Source: OCS155 cluster bacterium AG-426-D23 (lineage in GTDB: Bacteria; Actinomycetota; Acidimicrobiia; Actinomarinales; Actinomarinaceae). From it: a DNA stretch of 64,000 nt. The notes under the pieces were generated by a model. That model searched no databases, was not told the origin of the DNA, and was given only the letters and a program-made list of their open reading frames with translations. The translations under genes were made by a program, and so were the position numbers. Below are positions 1 to 7,654 of this stretch, one piece after another (the first letter of the stretch is position 1; every line of letters begins with the position of its first letter). Location: positions 65,152-129,151 of the forward strand of contig QCNO01000001.1 of assembly GCA_003213165.1 (NCBI GenBank), in the 5' to 3' direction.

Positions 1-2970
1 CACAGCTGATCTTCTTGTAAGTGCTAATTCCTCAGCAAGTCCATTTACACAATCTGTTCCTTCAGGAAAATATATCGAGTGGAGATATGCTGTATCAGAT
101 GATCAAAATACCCTGGCAACAGCCCCAGCCCAAGCAGCGCTACAATCAACTGCAGTAAATTGTGACATTATTGATCCAAGTTTCTTAACATCACAAGGGT
201 CATGTAGAGACGGGACCAAAGAAGCCTACTTTTTTGCAAAGAATGGTGCTTCCGCAACATCGGATGTATATTTTCAAGTTGAATCAAAAGTTAACGGAGG
301 TGCATGGACATCTGAAAACACAGTGATTGTTGCGCCTAATTCTCAAGTGCAAATTCAAAAACCAAATCTTACAAACGCTGATACGATTCAATGGAGATAC
401 AAGACTTCCAAGGACAATGCAACCTTCTCAACAAACTATCAAGAAACGACTGTAATGACAATTTCTTGTACATCACAAAATGAAGTTGATGGTTTAATTG
501 GAAACACATGTGCATCTAATGGTTCTAAAACCGCAACAGTTACGTCCGTAAATAACAGTTCTTCAGACGTATATTATTTGATTGAGTATGCTCTCGAACA
601 AAATCCTTCAAACTGGTTATCAGTCACAGACAATTTTGGATTACCAGCTCAGGGAAGTAAAGATGATCTTGTCAACCTACCAGAGGGTAGTTACTTTACA
701 TTGAGGTATAAGACTTCTACTAGTAACAGCTTTACAGGTGTTGAGTATAAGACTTTAGATACTTTGGGACCAGTTAATTGTTCAGGTGATATTGAAGTAA
801 GAGTTGCATTAGACGCGTGTGTTAATGGTACGAGAAATTCAGTATTTTATTACCGCAATAAAGCAAGCACAGGGGCACCAGCATTTTTTGAAATTGAATA
901 TCAAATTGATGGTGGAACATGGACTAATCCAAAAGGTGCACAGACAAATAATTACTATACAGCTATACAGAATGGTGTAGAAGAATCTGTTTCAGTTTCA
1001 GTACCTTCGGATTCTACAATTTCATGGAGATATAAAGATACACTATCTGTGAATGCTTTATCAACAAAATCATTTGAATTGGCAACACCTACTCCTTTGT
1101 CAGTATTATGTGAGGGTCTTCTTGAACACACAGTTGCGATTGGATCTTGTGTTGACAGAAAAGCCTCATCAACACTTACTTTGAAAAATATTGGATCTGT
1201 TGATGTGTATGCGGATATTTGGATTAGTTATGATGGTGGAAATTCATGGAATAACCATGCAATAAGCCAGAAAGTTACAACGACTGCAGATAAGGTATTT
1301 ACTCAAAACAATATTGCGAATGGATCAATTGTTAAGTGGAAATATAAGTATGCAAGTACAGCTGCGGGTGTTGCAAGTGCTGATGAAGAACTCACGAATG
1401 ACAAACCTGCAATTAATTGTGATGAAATAGTTATTAGCCAATTAACTTATGAACATAGTTTCGCTAATTGTGTAGAGGGACAAAGGATTGGAACCTTTAA
1501 AATTAACAATCCTTCAACAACAAACAATATTGTTTATGTAGAAGTGCAATACAGAACAAAGTCATCTCTAAATGGTACTTGGTCAGGCTATACGACAATG
1601 CCTATCGAGGCAATCAATGCTGGGTCCTTTAAAGAATTTAGCGCACCTGCTTTAAATGCTAATGGTTATATTAACTGGCAATTTAGATCCTCGTTAGCTA
1701 ATAATGACTTCGCAGGAGCTTGGACAAATGCGTCATCAGCCTACAAATCTGAGTGTTCAATAGACTCAACATTTACTCATACTTTAGGTAATTGTGTAGA
1801 TGGTGAGCAGTACTCTATTTTAACCATTAACAATACCGGATCCGTTACTCAGTACTATAACGTTCAAGTACAAATCAATAATGGAACAGCAGAGACAAAG
1901 TTTGCAAATGTTGCAATCTCGTCTGGATCAAGTGGTGAGTTTAAATGGCCAATCAGACAGGGAGAGTCAATCAGATGGCAATTTATTGCATCTATAGACA
2001 CTGACTTTAGTGATGACAATTCAGTACCATCATTATCAAAGACAAATCAATGTACACCTGTCTTTACATTGCAAACTCAAACAGCCTGTCAAGATGCGTC
2101 TACAGTAAATAACAACCAAGCAACCAATACGAAGGTAACATTAACCTTGAATAACACTTCTTCAGTCGATGGAAGTGTGACTGTTCAATATAGATATTTA
2201 CAAACTGATACATGGAAGACTTTAACGACCACTCCAATTAATGCTAATCAACAAAAGACCGTTGATTACACATTGATTGATCCTTATGTTGAATTTCAAT
2301 ATGCTCCATCTGGAACTACAAATTGGACTAATAGTGGATTAGTTTACAAAATTACAAACTGCACATCAACTGGAAATAGCTTAACTGCGGTAAATGAGTT
2401 TATTTGTAGCGAGAATGATCCATTCTCTCAAGCAAAAATCTCTAACCCAACAAGTACAAGCTTGACTGTCACATATTCCTACTCATTTGATGGGGTAAGT
2501 TGGAATAATGAGACCCCAGTTTTGATAGCTTCCAACCAAACTCACTTTACGGATTTAATTCAAGTATCTCCAGGAACCCAAATTTATTGGAGATATAAAC
2601 CAACGAATCTTGCTGATGACGCCTATAAGACTTTAACTGACACATCACCAACAAACTGTCAAAATGGAACAAGTCAACAAATTCTCCATTCGCTTGGAAC
2701 TTGTGTAGATAATAAGGCGCTTTCAACTATTAAAGTTACAAATATCTCTAGTTCGCAAAAATCATACTTGCTGGAGTACAAGATAGATAATGGTGCATTT
2801 GCTCGATACGAGACTTTAGTCATCGGTGCAGGTAATGACACAACAAAGACCCTACAAATTTCAGATGGACAAAATATACAGTGGAGAATAATTGATGCAA
2901 CTAGCGATGCCTCTACTATATCTGTTGATGGTAATTGGACTTCTTCAACTTCATTAACACTTAATTGCAC
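1..2970 (+). repeat. Diverged tandem coding repeats, ~310 nt per unit and at least 10 units, inside the giant surface protein
   Basis: The first Cys codon of successive modules falls at about 161, 467, 779, 1109, 1418 ... 2966, a spacing of 306-330 nt. The protein motifs recur (C..GxC[VA][DN]G, [IV]xY..DGG.W, WRYK) while the nucleotide sequence has diverged. Confidence 0.8.
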
Positions 2971-3625
2971 AACTACTACTACAACTCTTCCTGAGAACTT
3001 ATTTATTTTCGAACCTTTAATTTCGACAAATAGGGTTTGTGATGAAGACGGTGGAGCTATGTTTGGCATTACTGTTGACAACACAAGGTCCAATGTTGAT
3101 GCAGAAGTTATTCAAAGAGTGTGGGTCGATAAATTTACAGTGTTTGAAAAACAAGAAACTATTCCAGCAGGACAGTTTATTCAGTTCTCCAGTTTTGAAA
3201 TTAGTGAAGATAAGTTTTTCACCGTAGAGTTTGAAGTTACAAATGTTAAAAACAACAAGACACAAACAATGGTTAAAAACAAGACTTCAGACTGTATTGA
3301 CAATGGAATCAGTCCGACTGACGAACAAAATCCTATTGAGGGGATAGAAGTTGAAAATATTATCGATGGAGTTGGCGATGATGAAGAAATGGGAAATAAT
3401 GGAACAGATATTTTCTTCCTTCCTGGTGATGACTTTGTTGAATGGGTATATGATGAAAATGCAACTTCTCCAAATCCAACACCACTTTGTCCTGGAGATG
3501 CCAGTTGTAATAACAATGATGGATATGCAATAACAGGAACTAATGTTGGAAGATTAATAATTTTATTTGGTTCTCTACTTATGTTGATTGGTGGGCTTAT
3601 TTTGAGGAGAGGCTATAGGTACTAG
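1..3625 (+). CDS. Giant repeat-module cell-surface protein, 5' end outside the window, with a C-terminal sortase sorting signal
   Basis: Frame 2 is open from base 2 (T-A-D-L-L...YIEWRYAVSDD...). The ORF-track start at 323 is therefore an internal GTG. There are at least 10 tandem ~104-aa modules. Each opens with a Cys-x12-16-Cys pair and ends with an I/V-x-W-[RQK]-[YF]-[KR] motif. The C-terminus is YAITG + hydrophobic helix + RRGYRY. Confidence 0.85.
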   Translation, partial: TADLLVSANSSASPFTQSVPSGKYIEWRYAVSDDQNTLATAPAQAALQSTAVNCDIIDPSFLTSQGSCRDGTKEAYFFAKNGASATSDVYFQVESKVNGGAWTSENTVIVAPNSQVQIQKPNLTNADTIQWRYKTSKDNATFSTNYQETTVMTISCTSQNEVDGLIGNTCASNGSKTATVTSVNNSSSDVYYLIEYALEQNPSNWLSVTDNFGLPAQGSKDDLVNLPEGSYFTLRYKTSTSNSFTGVEYKTLDTLGPVNCSGDIEVRVALDACVNGTRNSVFYYRNKASTGAPAFFEIEYQIDGGTWTNPKGAQTNNYYTAIQNGVEESVSVSVPSDSTISWRYKDTLSVNALSTKSFELATPTPLSVLCEGLLEHTVAIGSCVDRKASSTLTLKNIGSVDVYADIWISYDGGNSWNNHAISQKVTTTADKVFTQNNIANGSIVKWKYKYASTAAGVASADEELTNDKPAINCDEIVISQLTYEHSFANCVEGQRIGTFKINNPSTTNNIVYVEVQYRTKSSLNGTWSGYTTMPIEAINAGSFKEFSAPALNANGYINWQFRSSLANNDFAGAWTNASSAYKSECSIDSTFTHTLGNCVDGEQYSILTINNTGSVTQYYNVQVQINNGTAETKFANVAISSGSSGEFKWPIRQGESIRWQFIASIDTDFSDDNSVPSLSKTNQCTPVFTLQTQTACQDASTVNNNQATNTKVTLTLNNTSSVDGSVTVQYRYLQTDTWKTLTTTPINANQQKTVDYTLIDPYVEFQYAPSGTTNWTNSGLVYKITNCTSTGNSLTAVNEFICSENDPFSQAKISNPTSTSLTVTYSYSFDGVSWNNETPVLIASNQTHFTDLIQVSPGTQIYWRYKPTNLADDAYKTLTDTSPTNCQNGTSQQILHSLGTCVDNKALSTIKVTNISSSQKSYLLEYKIDNGAFARYETLVIGAGNDTTKTLQISDGQNIQWRIIDATSDASTISVDGNWTSSTSLTLNCTTTTTTLPENLFIFEPLISTNRVCDEDGGAMFGITVDNTRSNVDAEVIQRVWVDKFTVFEKQETIPAGQFIQFSSFEISEDKFFTVEFEVTNVKNNKTQTMVKNKTSDCIDNGISPTDEQNPIEGIEVENIIDGVGDDEEMGNNGTDIFFLPGDDFVEWVYDENATSPNPTPLCPGDASCNNNDGYAITGTNVGRLIILFGSLLMLIGGLILRRGYRY

Positions 3626-5253
3626 TGCAGTATTTTTTTGTATATCTTTTTATTATAATCCTGAATATTGTTGCAGTCCTTGCAGTCCTAAGGGTTAGAA
3701 GAAAAAGACAGAATGATCCAAATGTCATCACTGATGTTCAAGATAGTGATCTTATTTACGATTCAGATCTTGAAGACGAAGTAAAAAAACCACGCTTTTC
3801 GAGATTTTCTAGAAAAAGTAATAATTTAACTGTTGGTTTTAACGATATAGCAATAGATGATAGAGAATTTGTTTATGGAGGAGATTTACTAGACCTTGCT
3901 GTTGAAAAAGAAGTAATCAAGAAAAAGGGAACATGGTATTTATATGAAAATGAAAAGATTGCTTATGGAAAACAAAAGGCAAAGTTTTTCTTATTAGAAA
4001 ATCCTGACATCGCTAATGAGATTAGCAATATAGTTTATGGAACCATACAGGTACAAAATAATGAGATGAGTTCTGAAGAGAGTTCAGATGAAATTTCTAT
4101 AAATAACAATGAAATAGAAAATCAAAAATCTGTAAATTTACTTACACAAGAATACGAAGTTGAGCTTGCTGAAGTTTATATAAAATCAAATACTTTAAAA
4201 AAAATCATTGAAAATACAATTGGGACAGAAGTCTTAATAAGTATCGATATTGGTAAAAAATTTAATCCAGTATTAAATTCTAAAAATTACCTTACAGAAG
4301 TAACAGGCATGTTGAATGAAATGGATTACATGATTGCAGCTGTAGAAAATGTAAGTAAAAACTCAAAATATTTAGGAATCGAAGTAAATGAAGAGCTTTT
4401 AAGAGAAAGACTTAACTTATTAATGTCGAGTCGTTTTACAATTTTATTTACTAAGAAGCCAGTAAGTAAACACCTTTCTTTACCAAGTTTAAATTTCAAC
4501 AACAGAGTAAGCACAGTAACCAGACAGAAATCTGGCTATGTAACAAATAGTGGACGAAGACCTGGGATTGTTCCACTTGGACTTGGCTTATTGATAGCTG
4601 GTCTTCTAGTAATTATTTATTCAATAAGTCAAACTTTTTTCTCAATGTCAGTATTAGATGATGAGCAAAATTTACTTAGTGTCAAATATCAACAAAACCA
4701 GAATATTTCACTTGAAGAATTGCGATCTATAAATTCAAATTCTTTAGAAACAAATGTATCACTTGATGAAACAGGGGAGTTTCAAGAATCCGTTCTAAGT
4801 CTTGTTAGCAAAACAATGAGAAACACAAATGCCAATGAGGAGTTTCTTCCTGATGTTGTAGGAAGATTAATAATATTCCCATCAAATATTGACCACTATG
4901 TTGTTTACGGTTCGAGCTTAGAAAAATTAGAGTTTGGTCCTGGTTATTATCTATCTACAGCTCTTCCAGGAACGGGTGGAAATTTTGCTATTGCCGGGCA
5001 CAGAACTACTTACGGTGCCCCATTTAAAAATTTAGATAAACTTGAACCCGGAGATAACATATACTTTCAAACTAATTCAAACCAATATACATATACGGTG
5101 AGTGAGATAAAAATTGTGGATCCAAGTGAAACATATTTGTTATCTTCATTTGGAGATGACAGGATTACATTAACAACTTGTCACCCAAAATTCTCAGCTA
5201 GGCAAAGACTGGTTGTTGTAGGTATGTTGACAAAAATTGAGGTATTTGGATGA
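3625..5253 (+). CDS. Sortase (class-E-like catalytic domain) with an N-terminal TM helix and a long cytoplasmic extension carrying a RecA C-terminal-domain-like segment
   Basis: The C-terminal ~130 aa carry the sortase triad context AIAGHR ... LTTCHP ... ARQRL. TM helices lie at aa 4-22 and ~315-338. aa 81-138 resemble the RecA C-terminal domain. The GTG start overlaps the upstream TAG stop (TAGTG). Confidence 0.85.
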   Translation: MQYFFVYLFIIILNIVAVLAVLRVRRKRQNDPNVITDVQDSDLIYDSDLEDEVKKPRFSRFSRKSNNLTVGFNDIAIDDREFVYGGDLLDLAVEKEVIKKKGTWYLYENEKIAYGKQKAKFFLLENPDIANEISNIVYGTIQVQNNEMSSEESSDEISINNNEIENQKSVNLLTQEYEVELAEVYIKSNTLKKIIENTIGTEVLISIDIGKKFNPVLNSKNYLTEVTGMLNEMDYMIAAVENVSKNSKYLGIEVNEELLRERLNLLMSSRFTILFTKKPVSKHLSLPSLNFNNRVSTVTRQKSGYVTNSGRRPGIVPLGLGLLIAGLLVIIYSISQTFFSMSVLDDEQNLLSVKYQQNQNISLEELRSINSNSLETNVSLDETGEFQESVLSLVSKTMRNTNANEEFLPDVVGRLIIFPSNIDHYVVYGSSLEKLEFGPGYYLSTALPGTGGNFAIAGHRTTYGAPFKNLDKLEPGDNIYFQTNSNQYTYTVSEIKIVDPSETYLLSSFGDDRITLTTCHPKFSARQRLVVVGMLTKIEVFG

Positions 5254-6815
5254 AGTCTAAAAAATTTATTTCTGTTTTCCTCATATTTTTATTTTTTATA
5301 AATGCTGGAGATATTGAAGATGCTGAAATCAACATTTCAGCACAACGAGTTGACTCAAATGATTTAGTTATTTCCTGGTCAATGAACGAAGTTGAAAACT
5401 TACAAAATATAGTTCTGGAGGTATTATTTGAAAATCCTGAAGATGGACAAATTGAAAACCCACTAATCATTGACAATATCACAATGGACGAACTTATTGG
5501 TTCAAGAACAATTAATTGGAGTGGAGAGTCTAAATTATTCATAAAATTAAAAATATCAACATTTAATTTTGTTCAATACACGGGCGATGACTGCACTCAT
5601 ACTTTCTGTTTAAGAGAAGTTACAGAAGAGTATGAATCAGAGGAATTTATTATTGATGAAATGCCTGAAATACCAATATTAGTTCCGACTACTATTGCAA
5701 CACCCGATATCAATTTAGACGCTACAGAAGAAAGTTCTACAGTTGGTAATATCGAATTTACAAACCAATTAATAACAACTATTCCATTATTTAGTGATAT
5801 AGACTTTTCAGATCAGGCAAAAAATGCATTTGCATTTGGTATTACCTCAATGATTATATTTTTATTTTATGCTGTTCTATTAGCACAAGAATGGTTCAAT
5901 AGAATTATTTCACACTATAGAGTGAAATGGACAAGAAGAGAGAGTGTCTTACAGGAAAAAACCAGACTAGAGACATTCATGGAGATTTCATTAATGGCAA
6001 TGATTACTTCTTTGATATATGCTTTTGTTGAAGAGGGTTTTACATTTTCTGTAGAGCCACAAAATCTAGCAATATTTCTTGGTGTTTTGTTTGGGTTGAT
6101 TATTGTAACATTTTCTTATGAGGGAATTGAGTCTTTGATTGAATACTTTAAATATAATCAAAAAACAAGATTTAGTTGGAATCCGCAAGCTATGTTCTTT
6201 GCTATTTTATCCACCATACTATTTATTGTTATAGACCTTCCTTTTGGTTTTATATTAGGTTTCATAGCTTCTTTGCACATAGTTTCAAATCGTCGCCAAG
6301 CAAATCTATCACCCAAGTTTTTCTCTATGATCTCTTTGGCTATTGTCGGATATTTATTCTTCTATGCAACCTCATTTGATTCGGTACAAAATTCAGGCGT
6401 ACTAATGGCGGTTTGTAAATTGACTTACCTTATGTGTCTTGAGGGTGTCATCTTTAAAGCTGTTCCATGGGGTGGCAATGAGTTGTTTGATGCAATTGGA
6501 GATTCAAAAGGACTAAATCAAGCATTGCCTGTTGTTAGTTTTCTAATAAGTGTATGGCTGTTTATTAGAATTTTGGTATTACCTCCAGACAGTGAATTTA
6601 ATGCCATGCAGCAGACATTGTTACAAAGTGGATCATTAGCATATAGATTTGCTCTAGTTTTGCTTTTCTATATTTTGATTATTCTTATTTTAGGAAATTT
6701 CATGAAAAAATATGCTGAATTGAATAGACCTCTAGATTACGATGGCAGTGAAATTGCTTCAGATGAAGAAATAGGTGAAATTATTGAGGAAGAATTAGAA
6801 GATTCAATTCGCTAA
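5250..6815 (+). CDS. Polytopic membrane protein with a signal peptide, a ~190-aa extracellular beta-rich domain and an acidic C-terminal tail; function unknown
   Basis: ATGA overlap with the sortase stop codon. N-terminal signal peptide MKSKKFISVFLIFLFFINA. About 8-9 hydrophobic helices lie between aa ~195 and 500. The tail is DYDGSEIASDEEIGEIIEEELEDSIR. I recognise no family. Confidence 0.7.
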   Translation: MKSKKFISVFLIFLFFINAGDIEDAEINISAQRVDSNDLVISWSMNEVENLQNIVLEVLFENPEDGQIENPLIIDNITMDELIGSRTINWSGESKLFIKLKISTFNFVQYTGDDCTHTFCLREVTEEYESEEFIIDEMPEIPILVPTTIATPDINLDATEESSTVGNIEFTNQLITTIPLFSDIDFSDQAKNAFAFGITSMIIFLFYAVLLAQEWFNRIISHYRVKWTRRESVLQEKTRLETFMEISLMAMITSLIYAFVEEGFTFSVEPQNLAIFLGVLFGLIIVTFSYEGIESLIEYFKYNQKTRFSWNPQAMFFAILSTILFIVIDLPFGFILGFIASLHIVSNRRQANLSPKFFSMISLAIVGYLFFYATSFDSVQNSGVLMAVCKLTYLMCLEGVIFKAVPWGGNELFDAIGDSKGLNQALPVVSFLISVWLFIRILVLPPDSEFNAMQQTLLQSGSLAYRFALVLLFYILIILILGNFMKKYAELNRPLDYDGSEIASDEEIGEIIEEELEDSIR

Positions 6816-6821
6816 AGCTTA

Positions 6822-7604
6822 ATGAATAACAGAGCAACATGGGTGTCTTTTTCAATACTAGCTATTGGGATATTCTTGATTGTTTCATACAACAATATCT
6901 TGAGCGGTACTGCAACAACTACTACTATTCCAACAACTACTACTATTCCAACAACAACCACAACGTCTACCACAACTACAACATCTACGACAACTACAAC
7001 TACTACTATTCCAACAACAACCACAACAGTTGAGGTAACCCTAGAGAAAGATTCGGTGACTATAAATGATGATAGTCCTATAGACGTCACCCCATACGAA
7101 GGTGTATTTGTAGCTTTTGATGGATTCGAGGGTGAAAACCAAACTTTATTAGATACTTTGGTACAAAATCTTCCTGAAGTGTACAAGCAAACAATGTTAG
7201 AAAAAATATCATTTATAAATGGTTGTCACCTCTACGGGGTAGAAATGTTGGGTGAATGTCCATTCGGTGTATGGGACTCAGTAGGAACATTTAAAAATGG
7301 AGATACAAATGCTGATTGGAAATTATCGATATGGGTATCAAATAGAGCCTTTAAGGCGAATAGGGCTTTTGATACATTGCTACACGAGTCTTCACATGCA
7401 TTTTCTTACCTCAGTAGGAACTGTATTGCGCCAGATGGTTCAAACAAAAGAAAGCAGGCCCAGGAGTATTTTGGTAGTGAAGAACTTTTTGCAGATTCTT
7501 TAGTTCTCTATTTCGGTGGAGATTATGTTTTTTATCGAGAAACAGATGTTTTAACTGATACAGAGGTTAGTTACTTAAAAGAATTTATAGATCTCTGCAG
7601 CTAA
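6822..7604 (+). CDS. Membrane-anchored protein with a Thr-rich linker and a HExxH zincin-like domain (putative metallopeptidase)
   Basis: N-terminal TM anchor WVSFSILAIGIFLIVSY. About 40 aa of T/P/I/S linker follow. The motif LLHESSHAF (HExxH) is at 7383..7397, with a downstream acidic GSEELFAD. The start is 6 nt after the previous stop. Confidence 0.65.
   Translation: MNNRATWVSFSILAIGIFLIVSYNNILSGTATTTTIPTTTTIPTTTTTSTTTTTSTTTTTTTIPTTTTTVEVTLEKDSVTINDDSPIDVTPYEGVFVAFDGFEGENQTLLDTLVQNLPEVYKQTMLEKISFINGCHLYGVEMLGECPFGVWDSVGTFKNGDTNADWKLSIWVSNRAFKANRAFDTLLHESSHAFSYLSRNCIAPDGSNKRKQAQEYFGSEELFADSLVLYFGGDYVFYRETDVLTDTEVSYLKEFIDLCS
6909..7029 (+). repeat. Low-complexity ACN/CCA codon repeat encoding the linker TTTIPTTTTIPTTTTTSTTTTTSTTTTTTTIPTTTTT
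   Basis: Read directly in the sequence. The unit actactactattccaacaac recurs three times, interspersed with acaac/tctac variants. Confidence 0.9.
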
Positions 7605-7654
7605 AGTTTTCGGTAAAACAATAAAAATAAAAAAAATTAATTAATATCTTTAAT

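Noticed and set aside
2674-3516. Several minus- and plus-strand ORFs (2674..3093, 3017..3265, 3039..3227, 3181..3516, 3351..3533) overlapping the 3' part of the giant surface gene
   Set aside because: All are shadow ORFs inside a long, motif-rich plus-strand CDS. Their products are low-complexity with no motifs and no independent start or RBS context.
3625-5253. Possibility that the sortase ORF is really two genes: a RecA-fragment pseudogene followed by a normal sortase
   Set aside because: There is no in-frame stop anywhere in the 542 codons. The RecA-like part is flanked by sensible TM topology and the ORF is translationally coupled on both sides. I kept it as one gene but flagged read-level verification.
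6909-7029. The repeat array considered as a possible CRISPR array or VNTR
   Set aside because: It has no repeat-spacer architecture. It lies inside an ORF, in frame, and encodes a Thr/Pro/Ile linker.
6812-7186. 124-aa minus-strand ORF rich in Val (VVVVGIVVVVVVVD...)
   Set aside because: It is the antisense reading of the ACN-codon Thr-linker repeat of the HExxH protein, which is a compositional artefact.
7606-7619. Small hairpin GTTTT-CGGT-AAAAC after the HExxH gene as a terminator
   Set aside because: It has only 5 A/T-rich base pairs and is followed by an A-run rather than a T-run on the coding strand, which is too weak to call.
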